From Asterionella formosa (Eukaryota), in the NCBI GenBank assembly GCA_002256025.1, contig NKIB01013392.1, positions 1 to 58,512 of the forward strand: a DNA stretch of 58,512 bases, read 5' to 3'. Under the pieces are notes generated by a model, which was not told the DNA's origin, ran no database searches, and was given only the letters and a program-made list of their open reading frames with translations. The translations under genes were made by a program, and so were the position numbers. Positions 36,143 through 49,598 of this stretch are shown here, one piece after another. Position 1 is the first letter of the stretch; every line of letters starts with the position of its first letter.

Positions 36143-37109
36143 CCTGATAATGATGATTGTTGTTTTATGATGTTGACTCAATATGTATATGGTACGCACC
36201 GAGATCACATTGTTGGCCTATAGAGTTCTACATGAAGATACTATAGTGAATGTACTGTAATTATGTATGCACTCATTAAACTATAAACATTAGGTTGCCG
36301 GCGTGAGCCACAATCAAAACCAATCATAGAAATGCTTCTTTTTTGGCTATGGTCGGAGTCTAATCGACTTGATACCCGATATTTAGTCGATAAGGCGGAC
36401 ATCCTTGACCAAGCAAGACCAAAGCATATTTGGTTTTGGCCAATGCGGTGGCTAAAATATTTTTTCTTTTTCGACCAACGCAACGCATCATGATGTGTAA
36501 TGTCCAGCACCTTCAATTGCCTTGGTATTTGGTCGATGCTATGGTGATGATGCTCTGATACCGGTATCTGTATCCAGTATTCTTGTAATACCGGTCTCTT
36601 TCATGTAAAAAATCAATGCTCATATACTACTAAGTGACACTAATGTGCCAGGAACCCTGCATATCGTCTATCATGTAGGAGCACCTTACTGCCAAGGGCT
36701 GGAGGTTACCACACTAATCATCAGCCACTGCTCACTCCTAAGTATAGCTCAATTGATGAAATGTGTGCCTTGCTCCTACATACTACTAGCTACAGATACA
36801 TTAACAATATTCATGTACTGTAGTTGATTTAAAAATATCATGTACATTTCAAAAAAGGCTTTTCATACCATGTCTGTAATGCCATCCTTGACTTCTTCTG
36901 TGACATCTTTTGGTCTGTATTCACAACTCCGTTTAGATTTATGGCTAAAAAGAAAGACTTGACCCTCAAAAGGAAGGAGGAATTCATATAAAGTTGCAAA
37001 ACAAGCAGGAATGAAGATCATAATTTCTTTGTTGTCTCTTTCTGCATGTATTGATCACCAGCCAATGTTACATTTAATCATATTGTGCAAATACAAATGG
37101 AATATCAAG

Positions 37110-37205
<96 letters not shown>
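37110..37205 (+). repeat. (CTA)32 microsatellite
   Basis: Uninterrupted 96-bp trinucleotide run. Confidence 0.98.
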
Positions 37206-37766
37206 GTAAGATATATACTTGCTTTGACTGCAGTTTGCTTACATATATCTCCAAATCACCATGCACTTTCACCAGGAGCACTTACAAGTAGTTTTCTCCT
37301 ACTAGCTATAGGTCACCTTCAGGTATAGGTGCACATCAACAAAGATATGTCTGCATTATTTAAAACAATGATCAGTTGAGATAGTAGCTCTTTACTGTTG
37401 GATTGTTGACTGGTGGTTTGTACAGTACTCCAATTTGGTATGATACTATCGCTATTTGGGATTACTAGCTAAAATATAACTACATCATCCTGAAAAGAAG
37501 GAAAAAGTTTTGGTTTCTAACACAATTGTGTAATCAATGATGAAATGTTCGCATATTCAGTAAAGTTTGGTTATATCTACCTGTAATCATCCACTCTATA
37601 TAATACTTGGGGCACACAGTGCAATCACTGATACCATGTACATGAAACTAGAATGATAAAAAATAAGTTAAGTAATAGTTCACTTAGACAAAAATGCAGT
37701 ATTCATTCTACCTTTAATGTATTCTCAATGTAAGAAAAAGGCCATGATAGCAAAGAAGCCACCATA

Positions 37767-38865
37767 TTAGTCAACCTTTTTTGTTTCAATTTCCCATGGA
37801 CGAATGGCTTGTTTAGGGAGTGGTACGCCATTGGCAACATCTCGATCACGTCGCGCTCTGCCCATGGCCCACGCCGCAGTCCCTCTCTTTCGTCCCCATA
37901 CCAAACCAGTAGCAGCCAAAATATCAATAAATAGTTTGGATGGATTGAATTGTGCTGATATTCCAAATTCACTCGCAGCATAATCAAAAGGATACTTGTG
38001 ATGCCAATTATGCCATCCTTCTCCTACACTGCACCAGCTGACAAATGGATTTTCAGCTGGATAGGACAATACATCGTATGGGTGGTCGCCGTACAAGTGT
38101 GCCGCAGAATTGACCAACCATGTAAAGTGCAACACGATGCAGTATCGCAGGCATCCAGCCACAAAAAAGGCGGTCCAAAAGTCTTGTCCCCAAAACCTCG
38201 ATGCCACTTGAGCAGGCATGACAAAGCACATGTACAGTGCAAACCATGGATCACAATGTTTCTGGAACATGACCAGTGAATCTTCTGAAAGGTCCGTAAA
38301 GTCCATGGTCCGTCCTGCTGTAATAACTTCTGGATGTTTCTTGACAAGCAACCATCCCATGTGAGCAAAGAAGAATCCACGCATGGCATTGTGAGGGTCA
38401 GCGTTTGTTTCACTGTACTTGTGATGCACTCGATGGTCTCTGGCCCAATGGAAAATAGATCCCTGATTGGCAACCGAGTTGCAGAGCATTAAAAAGAGTC
38501 TCACTGGTAGGGCGGCTTCGTAGGATCTGTGTGACCAGAGACGGTGTACACCTACGGTGATTCCAAAGCCACTGTTGTAGTGATGAGGGTGAGTGAGAGC
38601 GTGTGAGTGGGCGAATGAGAGTGATTGAGAACTATAGTTGGTCGGGCTTTTTAAGCAGAGAGCAACGTTTTCGCTTGACGTACCTGATCGGCCACAGCGT
38701 GAATGCCCAAATCAGAGTTTCCTTGGAGCAGTTCGGAAGCTTGAGTAGTCCAACAAACGCAACAATATGCACAAGTGAAATGTAAATCATCATTGGGTAG
38801 TTTAGGTTGCCCTCCTTGTAATGGAAGGCGGCTGTGTTGGCTGCGTCTCGGATGGCTTTAATCAT
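37767..38865 (-). CDS. Acyl-CoA delta-9 fatty-acid desaturase (SCD/OLE1/ADS type, no b5 fusion), intron 38572-38683
   Basis: His boxes HRLWSH (in exon 2 after splicing), HRVHH and GEGWHNWHH; DPHNAMRGFFFAHMGW; TWLVNSAAH. Confidence 0.93.
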
Positions 38866-39946
38866 GTTTGGAACTGTTTCAGTTGTAGCTGTAGTTGCTG
38901 TCTTGATGTAACTGTTGAATGTAGACGACAGTGAACAGTGGCGGATGAAGACTGTGATTACCAGAACCTGTATTGATAGCTGGAATGGATTAATTATGAG
39001 AAATATATGAACATGCAACGCATCTTTAGCTTTGCAGAAAAGTGATGATGAACAAATAGTCAAGAAAGAAAATCCTCAAAATTTCCTACTCCTATCGTAG
39101 TATGTACTGGCATAACATTTATATACCGAGTACCGGTAATACTGTACAGTAACTCCTTTATAATGTGTTGTGGTTCTTGCATCTGATGATGATGACGGAC
39201 GCCAACAATACGAACCTTGTCAGCATTCATCAGCGCCGAACTTGTCATGTACGTACCTGCTTTGCATGTACAGCACGTATCTATGGAATGAACAAAGCAG
39301 TTTGCTTCACTAGAAATAAATGTGCAACACCAGCGCACCGTTTGGTTCACACACTCCTCTCGCTACATACAGGATATTACCGGTATGCATGTCTTGGAAT
39401 ATACCGGTACCGTACCGAGGTAGTCGTGAGCGAGGGACTTTTGACTCCTACATACGTATTAGGTAGTTGGCGATGCGGTATGTTATTATGATGACGGTAT
39501 GTATATAGGAGCAAGTGAGCGACGTGGCACTTTTGTCCTCGTCATCGCAACCTCCGTCGTCCGTCGTTTGCTTCTGCTTTGGTGACAACAACCACCACTT
39601 GATTTACTTGTCTCTACATCAGATGTGCACAAACGCAACATAATAACCATACAGACAGACAAACTTGAGAAATGGAAATAACGACCACCGCCGCCATCAT
39701 GTGATTAATCATATACCCGTATACTTAGTTAGCTTCATATTTGTATATAAATATTGGAATGTATTTTTATGATATATTCCGGTATGGAGTATGGTATATA
39801 CTATAGAGGGTAAATGATAAAGACTGATTCAAACAACAAGCAGGAGAGCAAAGGAAATTTACACCATCTCAACCACATCAAAACAAACGAAATCTTAGTC
39901 CTGACAATAAAAAAATCGAAACTTTTGTCCATCCTTTACTATCATC

Positions 39947-42900
39947 ATGGCGCTCCAAATGGATCAGCTCTATGCTGCCTTGCAGAAAACAATCTCTCCA
40001 GACGAAAGCATCCGACGAAATGGTAAGTGCAGTACAGTGACTGTTCGATTGACTAGCAGACTTTAGAAGCAACAACAGAACAAGAACTAAATGTCTGACC
40101 CAACTGCGGCTTCCATCATTTCTGATTTCAACAAAACTATCTAATGCGACACGCAAACATTGACAGCCGAAGATCAACTCAAGATCTCTCAACGCATGCC
40201 GGAACATTCCATGAATGTCATTCGCCTCATTGCTAGCAACGAGACTGATCCTGCAGTCCGTCAAGCAGCAGCGGTTCATTTCAAGAACCTCATCAAGCAT
40301 GGATGGGACACGTCCACATCTGGCAACGAGATCCACAATGCAATTGTCATTTCGGAAGCTGATAGCCTTGTCATTAAATCGCATTTGGTGGATCTCATGT
40401 GCACCGTTCCACACTCAATTCAACTACAATGCAGCGAAGCAGTATCCCTCATTGCGACTCATGACTTTCCACACAAGTGGGATCAGTTGTTGCCGGATTT
40501 GATACTCAAATTGCAGTCGCACGATCTCAGTGTTGTCAACGGTGTACTACTCACGTGCAATTCCATATTCAAGAGATTTAGACATGCGGAACGAAGTGAT
40601 GAACTGTATCAAGTCATTTTGTATGTTTTGGAAAAGATGCAGCAACCGCTACTAGCTCTATTCAAATCCATGTCACAAGGGATTGATGCGGCGGCAAATG
40701 ATGAACTACAGCTCAGGGCACGCATATCATGTATGAACAACATGATGAAGATTTACTATTCTTTGATTTATCAGGATTTGCCGGAGTACTTTGAAGATAA
40801 TATCAAGGACATTATGGAGGTGCTTGCCAAGTTCTTGCAATACAACAACAACCTATTGCTTGACCTAGACGAAGAAATGGAACCTTCCCCTATTGATGCA
40901 CTACAGTCGGACATTGTGGAGATTCTTAACCACTATGCTGACAAAGATGAAGAGTGCTTCCTGCCTTTCTTACCACAGTTTACCAAAATGGTATGGGCTC
41001 TCTTGATGACAGTCACGCCGCACCCTAAACATGATGCCTTGGCAGTGAGATGCATCAGATTCTTGGCCAATCTTGTCAAGAAACTTATGCACAAACATTT
41101 GTTTGAACAGGAATCGACACTACGGGAGATTATTGGACGCATTGTTATTCCGAATTTGATGGCACGCGACGTCGATGAAGAGCGCTTCGAGGACGACCCA
41201 CAAGAATTCATTCAAACCGACATGGAAGGCAGCGACACAGACTCGAGGCGAAAGTGTTCACTTGACCTAGCAAAGGCCATGTGCAGACAGTTCGAAGCAC
41301 AGACTACGGTCATTTGTACGGAACACATTGCCAACATGATTGCTGATTACGGGAGGGATCCGAGTCAATGGGCACACAAGGACGCTGCTATTTATTTGAT
41401 GTTTGGTATTGCCATCAAAGCCGAGAGTACCATTGGAGGTGTCAGTGATGTGAATGAAAACGTTAATGTTTTGCAGTTCTTCTCTGTCAATATTTACCCA
41501 GAGCTAGAGGATATGCATCATGGGACACGTCCAATGTTGAAAGCGACGGCGCTCAAGTTCGTCGCTACCTTTCGCAATCAATTTACCAAAGAACAATTGA
41601 TAGCATTGATGCCACTCTTAATTCACCACGCTGGATCGCCAAGTGTTGTCGTGCACTCATATGCTGCATATTGTATTGAAAAAATCCTGACCACGAAGCA
41701 AGATGGACAACCTAAATTTGGGAGGCCCGAGCTCAAGCCGTTCCTAGAGACAATTTTTTCCGCTCTCTTTAGCATTATTGACAATCCAAACCTGAACGAA
41801 AATGAATACGCAATGAAGTGTGTGATGAGGTCGGTTGCGGTCGCCTCCGATGATATCTTGCCTGTCACTCAAGTTGTGTTGGACCGAATCACAGGTGCTA
41901 TGGGTCGAGTTGTCAAGAATCCTCGAAATCCGCAATACAACCATTACATGTTCGAGACGATTGCGGTCTTGATCAAGTCGGTTTGTACAAAGGAACCCGC
42001 TGCAACCACAGCTTTTGAGTCGTTTCTCTTTCCTCCTTTTCAAACGGTCCTTCACATGGACGTTTCCGAATTCACACCGTATGTCTTTCAGATCTTCGCG
42101 TTGCTGTTGGAGTTGCGTCCTGTAGGATCTGGTCTTGGTGAGTCGTACGAGATGTTATTCCAACCAATGTTGACACCCGAAATTTGGGAAAGAAAGGGAA
42201 ATATACCAGCCTTGACACGATTGCTCCGTGCGTACTTGGAACAAGCTGCTGCGCAGATTGTGGCTATGGGGTCCTTGCAAGCCATTCTTGGTCTCTTTCA
42301 AAAATTGATGGCCAGTCAACCCACTGAACAATCTGGGATGGAGCTGTTGTCTACTGTGTTGTTGACGGTAGAACCAACCAGTCTTGAACATTTTCTGACT
42401 GAAATATTCAAGATTTTGTTCATGAGGTTGCGACTCAAAAAGACTCCTCGATTTACACGACTATTAACCCAGTACTTTGCACTCTATGTCGGAAAGTTGG
42501 GTCCGCAGAGCTTCTTTGATCATGTCAATGCAGTCCAGGATGGCCTTGCTCTAAATATTTTGATGGGTGTTTGGATCCCCCAAGTGGAGTCAGACCCACC
42601 GACACGCTTAGATGCAAAAATTCAATTGATTGGATTGACCAAGTTGATGTGCGCAACCCCTGCTCTACTCGCTACTGACCAAGCCAAGCAACTTTGGGCA
42701 AGAGCTTTGGCTGCATCCATGAAATTATTGGCATCGGATTCGATCAAGCAGCAGATCGCCGGAATGGACACGCCAGAAGAGATTGAAATCAGCTACGATT
42801 CGGCATTTTCCAGTTTGAGTTTTGCACGCAGGCCCGTGGAAGATCCATTCCAGGAAATTTCTGATCCTGCTGCATATTTCGCTCAACAGCTATACACTCT

Positions 42901-43018
42901 TAGTACGCAGCATCCTGGTCAATTGACGCCAATCATTAGCCAAGGCTTGCAATTCGACCCCAAGCTCTCGGGAAGTTTGGAGGCCATCCTTGCTAAGTCA
43001 GGTATCAACTTGGTTTGA
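39947..43018 (+). CDS. CSE1: Exportin-2 / importin-alpha re-exporter CSE1 (CAS), intron 40023-40166
   Basis: IBN_N VRQAAAVHFKNLIKHGW, DFPHKWDQLLPDL, QDLPEYFED, FEDDPQEFIQTDMEGSDTDSRR, KNPRNPQYNHYMFE, EFTPYVFQI, GNIPALTRLL. Confidence 0.95.
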
Positions 43019-43347
43019 GCCAGGTACCATGTACTACTTGCTAAGGAAATTGATAGCAATAACAATTAGAAGGAATCTAAGTAGAGAAATTTACAAATTT
43101 TACGCGAACGCTATGTTTGATATGAAATTATGAATCGATAGAGCATCATGGTCAGCTTTGGTCGACGGTTGTAAATCCCCATGAATTCGATATACTGAGT
43201 GGAGGTGAAAAGTTTAAGGATATCATATCGATTCTCCAACACATTTCTGACACTGTACTCAATCATTATCATGTGATAGACGTCGCAAAACGTCCAAAGG
43301 AATCGAATCATGTATATAGATATCGCAAATGACGAAATATTCTCTCA

Positions 43348-43872
43348 TCATATGTCGTCGTGCTCTTCCAGGAATGCCAAACCTCGTAGAGATTCCTCCT
43401 CCTCGAATGGATCAGCTTCCATAAGTTCCGGGGCACATCGATTCGGAAGAAGATATCGATTACGAATGCATTTTTCAGAAGTACGAACCGAGGGGTGATG
43501 GTCCGGGACCCTCCGTTCGTCGTAGAGTTGGGTCGACGACTCTTGGCTCATGGATTTGCTCTTGTTAAATGTTGGTACGCCCACCTTGGTGGCAAGTGGT
43601 GGTAGCGACTTGGATCGTTTCAAATTTGCCTTACTTTCAAGAGACTTTACTAATGGACTCGTCCTTGGAAAGAAACCCTCATCTGCTTGTGGTCGGATCC
43701 ATTGTGGCGAACGATTGACGCTGGTTAATGGCATCATGAGAATTGATCGTTGTACTTTTATTCTCTTCGGGTTTTTTTTAGGTTTTCTGTTAAATGGGAT
43801 CGCTTTCCACGCGTGGAGTGTAGGGTCGATGAGTGGAGTGGCCTGTTCGTTTCGTGGTGTGATTTGATGCAT
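43348..43872 (-). CDS. Hypothetical 174-aa basic protein
   Basis: Uninterrupted ATG-started ORF convergent on CSE1; no recognisable domain. Confidence 0.45.
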   Translation of the reverse strand: MHQITPRNEQATPLIDPTLHAWKAIPFNRKPKKNPKRIKVQRSILMMPLTSVNRSPQWIRPQADEGFFPRTSPLVKSLESKANLKRSKSLPPLATKVGVPTFNKSKSMSQESSTQLYDERRVPDHHPSVRTSEKCIRNRYLLPNRCAPELMEADPFEEEESLRGLAFLEEHDDI

Positions 43873-44284
43873 TTGTATGTGGATTGAGGCATATGTTTAC
43901 ATGTATTTTCTATGCCTCACTGTGTCTTGGCGAAAAAGTGAGGTGCACGAAACAATAGCTACGAACTACTCAGTGGAACGTGGGACTGAGGTGCCGGCGT
44001 CACTGCTATGTAAAATGTTTATCTATGATAAATTATGATGCGTTCCGATCTATAATAATACCGTTAAATACATCAATAAATACATTCATTTCCATGCATT
44101 GGTGCCCCGCCCAGCAACATGTGATTGTGAGACTAACGGTACTTACTAAATGGACATTGCAGAATGCATTTTCGACGGCAAGTCAGAGATGGTATATATA
44201 GTGCGTGGTCGAGTTCCTGTCCAGCACCAGGGGAGTACGGTAAGCACATCTTTTCTGGAATGATCTAACGCACTCGAAGATTCA

Positions 44285-44600
44285 TGTGCTTCAAACCTGA
44301 TTCAGGTTGCATGTACTTTCCCATCACAGTAGGAGGGATTTACGGAATGGATCGTGGCAAATGAAGCGAAGCGAAGGGGCAGATTCTCATTTCACTCCGG
44401 TTTTTCTGACACACTAATTATACTAAGGATGCTTAGCTACTACGTACTACCGGTACCTGGTTACCAGGTTTGGTTTGGCAGGACCACTGAAATTTCCTCT
44501 CCAGTGCTTCAAACCTGATTCAGGTTGTTGGTATTCTGACTATTTGTACCTTCCCTCAGTATTTTTACGGGATAGATTGTGGCAAATGTAGCGAATGGGG
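44285..44600. repeat. Degenerate direct repeat (period ~220 bp) containing the palindrome AACCTGA-T-TCAGGTT
   Basis: GTGCTTCAAACCTGATTCAGGTTG and TTTACGG...GAT(C/T)GTGGCAAATG(A/T)AGCGAA each occur twice. Confidence 0.7.
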
Positions 44601-46398
44601 AGCGCCTTATTAGATAGACATGTGGCAGATGCTCGTTCCACTGCTCCGGATTCTTCTTTGAGAGGTGGAACGTTTAAGGATGTCATGACCAAAGTATTGT
44701 AGTAGTAGTGTTGCTTCCAGTACTGAAGGAGCTTGCTGTGCGTTAATGGGTAAAAGTGAGTGAATGGATTGACTTGGTAGCTGTTTTGGTGTTTTCTTCA
44801 TGGTAGTAATTGGAGTAATAGTATCAGGAGTAGGAGTACTAGGCATACCAACAATCTGAGCAATAGTGGTATTCATAGATTTTCGCATGACAACAGGATG
44901 CTCATGATATGTAAAATTGATGTTGGAAGGATCTGCTCTTTGTCCCAACCATTGTGATATCTGGTCCCTTGTAGTTGGCCCCTAATAAAGTCTTTTGTTC
45001 CTTGGCAGTCAAGGTTGGGCAATATATGCTTGCAGTAGTTACACTTCTTTGCCTTTGCCTTTGATTGGCAAGTATGATTAAAAAATTGAAACTCACATAT
45101 AATGCGCACCACGGTGTTACACAATGAATTTCATAGCATGGCCTGCTGACAAGTCCATGTGCTTCCCTAGTTTTGTTAGTGTAGGTAAGTCTCAACAATT
45201 TTTCACAAAAGGTGATTGTTTCGGAGGCGTTGTGAGAAAGTGAGACAATTAATTCAATGATATATAAACAATTGCAACAACAGTCAACCAACTTACAGGT
45301 ATTGTATGATGCTGCAATCAGAGATATCGTAAGTGCAAACAAGTTGCTAGAGGAGAATTGCAATATGTTCCTAGAAAGAAGTTCAAAAAAGAAGGCAGAG
45401 TTAATTGATGAGGTTGAGAATTGTGCACATAAAATTCACGCAGTCTTGTAAATTGTGATGCAAAGTGACAAAAACAAAGCGAATGATAAAACCACGCACA
45501 GTCATTGTCGGAACTTTCATGAAACCCTCCTGAGTCTCCTCCTTGGACGCAAACGGTCATCAACACTTGCTTACATATTGGATGATTGGTTTTAGAGTGC
45601 GGCAGAAGGTTGATTTGTCATGAGTTTTCTAAACTTACCTACTGCTTTGTTGAAAGGAACGATCTACTGTACCACAGTTGGCGGACTCATTTAATCTGCT
45701 ATCGACAAATTTCGCTTTCCGGAGAAGCGTCAAAAACTGAGGTGTTGAATGCCTGAATTCATCTCAATAAAGCAAGAGGCGAAAGATATAGAAGAGCATG
45801 CAATCATGAGAAAACACGCTATGAGGAAGCTGCTACTCCCGGCATGTTCAACAGTCACAAGGAGAAGAAAGCCAGTCTTCAAGATAAATTCTGATTTGGG
45901 CCTTCCATCTTCACAAGAAATTACTATCTCTACTTCCAATGCTATTGGTACTTATACTACTGCAATTGACACCACACCCTCGACTACAATCACCATCACC
46001 AACACCACCACACCCTTGACTTCAACCACCAACAACAAGACATCTATTCCTTTCTCCACATTCATTTCAACCCTTTTTTCTCCTGGTAAATTGACTTTGG
46101 TTCTGTTGACCTTGTACCCTTGACCGAAAACATTCTTGTCTATACCTTTGGTGATACTGGTGTTGGGGTTCATTTGAGGGTATCAAAGGTGGACTAACAA
46201 TAACAACTAAGAAATACATAAAGTAACATATTATGTAGAAAACTGCAAAAATACATGCAGTATACTAGTATAGAAACCAGAAATCCCTCTTCAATATATA
46301 AATCATCATATCCCTGCATCGATCATGCCATTTAAATTCAGCATGACAAAAAATGGATGATGAATATCCTTTTCACATGGTGGGGCACACTTTTACTA

Positions 46399-49392
46399 TT
46401 AGGCCTGAGAATCTTTAATAATCTGTTTGAAGCTGTACGGATTGAATCGAATACCATCTGCATAGAAAAACTTATTCTGAAACTCCACCCAATGAAGACG
46501 AAGGGCATGGAGGAAACATTCCAAGACATCCATCATCAACAACACACCAAACGTTACACCTGCAAAGATAGCGAACCCAATGTAGGCAGCAAACCAATTC
46601 ACTTGCAACGTAGAGAGCATAGCCTTCTCCCAAAATACAGTGGCCAACTCAGAGTGAGCCAAGGAAAGAGCCCAAAGACGAAGGTAAGAAGCTGTGTTAG
46701 ACACCATACCCAACACAAATTCAATTGTTTCAATTGCCTGATGAATCACAATTTCTCCAAAATTGTGTGAATCCTCGTCGTGCTCGTGATCACCGGCTTC
46801 TTCATCGTCATCCACGTGGTGAGTGATAAGAGTATGGGAATGCTGTTTCGACAAAAAGTAAGGTTTGGCGAGAAGTAGGATAGGAACGGAAACAAATGCA
46901 ATCAAGATCAACAAATTTTGGATTCTAGGCTGGCCAGCATACATGGGCTCTTCGACGTGGCCAGGCTGCAAGGCAATGTTGATGAGCGTCGTGATAAGGT
47001 TAGGTGGCTGACAACCGTCACCAGATCCACCGTAGTTGAGCGGGCATTTGGTAGCAGTGGTATCTGATCCAGTGCAGGAATATCCCCAGGGAGTACAGGT
47101 TCCATCTCCTCCTTGGGCACAAACAACCCATTCACCATTATAGTCCGAAGTGCCCCAAGTGCCACCGTTCGGATCAAGGCAAGTTGCAGAGAGCATGCGA
47201 GAGTTCCAATTGATGGTCCACTTCATAAAAATCAGGACAATCATGTACACAAACAAGGAAGACGCAAATGCCACCATGGGAAGGAACTCAAAGAAAAAAT
47301 CAAGTCTTTCTCCAAAGTAGATGGCATTTAATCCCTTCAAGCAGGTACCAGCAAACATCTGAATAATACCAAAAATCACCGAAAGCTTCATCTTGAATGA
47401 ATTGAAGAAAAGTAGCTCATTGGCGGACACATGCCACATTGGATCAAGACCGAATGGATAAACAGAATTATCACTTCCAAATGGGGCACTCTGAACCCCA
47501 ACTGCGCCACTTGCGACATTGCCTTCTGCTTGACCTTCAAAGGACCAGCGCGAGCCAAATAGGTTGAGTCCAAGCGAGAAGCAATCGTTGTAAATTAAGC
47601 CTGCATAAATGGCAAAGAACCCCATCATAATGATCATGTACCTGCAAATGATACGTAATGAACAAAACCGAGAGTGAGCTCGACAAATAATGATAGGCAA
47701 AAAGTATTGTAGAGGCTACGCACCGTCCGGCATGAAGACCAGCAGTCATCTCTCCAAGTCTGGCTTCATCGTTTGCTTTTTCATTCCACAAAAGGTACAA
47801 ACCCCCCGAAAAGAGGAATAACCCGTGTCCAATATCTCCGTACATGACACCGAACAAAAAGGGGAATGTGGCAGCAGTAAACAAGGCAGGGTTGGCTTCT
47901 TGGTAGCGAGGAATTCCATAGGTGTTTACAAACTCCTGGTATCCGTATGTAAACTTGTTCGTGGTAAAGTGTGTGGGAGGAGTGGGCCATGGCTGTGGAA
48001 CGTGGTCCACCATGGATGGCATGGACGTGTCCATTGACGAATGTGCCGAGTTGACTGCCGCCCTGACCGCGTCCAAGGATTCCGCAATAACCCACCCTTC
48101 GCCTCGAAGCATCCCGGTTACGTCCGCCTTGAATTGATTAAGAGAGTGGTAGATGGATTTTTCCCGCAACACAACCCAAATCCATTTTTCTGTCTTGGTG
48201 GCCAACATTTGGCAAAGGCGGAAGCGAGTGTCTTGATTTTTAAGCAAGACAGTGCGCGAGTCGACCAATTCTTGAGCATTTTCAGTCAGCATGCGATCTA
48301 CAGCAGGGGCATCGTCCATGTCTGGAAGAGTGTAACGGTGCGCACCAAAGGCGTCACAAATCTTTTTGAGTTTGGTCTCAATCGAAAGTGACTTGTAAAA
48401 GACAATGAAAACACATTTCTCCACCAGGAGTCCCGAGTTTGGGTCCGTGATGGGCTGCTCAATGCTCGCAAAACGCACGTAGCAGTTTCCACGAGTGGCC
48501 CTGAAAATCATGCGTTCAAAGCGCCCCTTCTCTTCCATGCTCACGACTCCCGTGATGGATGAAAAGCGCATATCCAAGTCTCGTCCGGCACCTGCCCCCA
48601 ACAGGTTGTCTGAATGGCTGTTCCCATCGTCGCCTGAAGCAGCCCCAAGATTGGCCACGGCAAGACGAGGAGCGTCCTTCATGAAGAACTTGCGTGCCTT
48701 CTCTAGTACTTCCTGCAGTTCCACCTTTTCGTTGTACTCTGTCGTGAGCTTCTCCGAATACGAATTGAGCTCTCTGAGCTGCGTTTCGTACCCCTCCAGT
48801 TCCACTTCCATGGACTCCAAGAGCTGGGCGCCAGATTCCTTAGTCCCGGGTGTTGTTGCTTGCTCCAAGAAGTTATCGATGGTGCCTGCTGGTTCCACTT
48901 CTAGCTCGAACTTGTCGCATTCAGCAGAGAAGAAACGGAGCCGACGCTCGAGTTCGTCGCAGCGCCTCACAAAGGAAACGTAGCGACGCTGGAAGGGAGT
49001 CAAGTCGGGGTTCAACTATCATTTGTGTCGTTATTCGGTGCAGTATAGATGATGGTACCAGGTAGTGCCAAGGAGGAAATGGAGATGTGAGACAAAGATG
49101 ATCGCGACAACGAGTCAGTGAGGGCAAAGAGAGTATTTTACACAAGAATTTAAAAAAGTAGCCAATGATGTTGGACAGACACAGCAAACAAGATAGCTAA
49201 ATAGTTCGTTCTGGATTTCATCCATGTATATGTGTAAACATACATACCATGCTCAATGTACAACAAGGAACTTACATCGGTAAACTGAATCACACCCATC
49301 CTTCCCAGATCAGCAAGACAATCATGAGCAGCATCTTCGTTGACAATCAACGAGATGTACTTCATAGGTTCCGAACGGAACCAGCGAGCCAT
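46399..49392 (-). CDS. V-type H+-ATPase V0 subunit a (Vph1/Stv1/ATP6V0A family), introns 49016-49275 and 47642-47723
   Basis: FRSEPM, QFTDLN, FERMIFRATRGN, PPTHF, YGIPRYQEANPA, MYGDIGHG, NSFKMKLSVIFG, SNTASYLRLWALSLAH (essential Arg), HALRLHWVEFQNKF. Confidence 0.97.
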
Positions 49393-49485
49393 GATAGGTT
49401 TCGTTCTCTACAAAATAGCAGTGAAACGAAGCAAAGCAGTGACTGATGGAGACGTAATAGAACAAAATTATGCAACAGCAGAGCA

Positions 49486-49573
49486 GCAAGTTGCGGAAAT
49501 TTGCTGAACTAAAGATTTAGCTATCTTTATCTCAGATTGAATTGTTGATTTAAGCCAAATGACCGCAACTTGC
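49486..49573. mobile_element. 88-bp MITE-like element about 95 bp upstream of the V-ATPase start
   Basis: Perfect 11-bp TIR GCAAGTTGCGG/CCGCAACTTGC, flanked by GCA on both sides; homologous copies at 29455-29668. Confidence 0.8.
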
Positions 49574-49598
49574 GCAGATTCATGTTTGCATTCTACAT

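Larger units (their letters stand above)
29826..36555. mobile_element. Decayed PIF/Harbinger transposon with nested insertions; TGA target-site duplication
   Basis: Left end GAGCAACGCCACCGCATCGACCAAAAACCAAAGCCAATT matches the reverse complement of the right end (GAGCATCATCACCATAGCATCGACCAAATACCAAGGCAATT). TGA at 29823-29825 and 36556-36558. Encloses a Plant_tran-like transposase and a Myb/NAM-associated ORF. Confidence 0.8.

Noticed and set aside
37011..37328. Poly-Leu and poly-Thr ORFs
   Set aside because: Artefacts of the (CTA)n microsatellite.
44610..46200. Possible BED-finger (AKKCNYC) and non-LTR ORF1-like relics
   Set aside because: Too decayed; no termini or catalytic motifs found to support a call.
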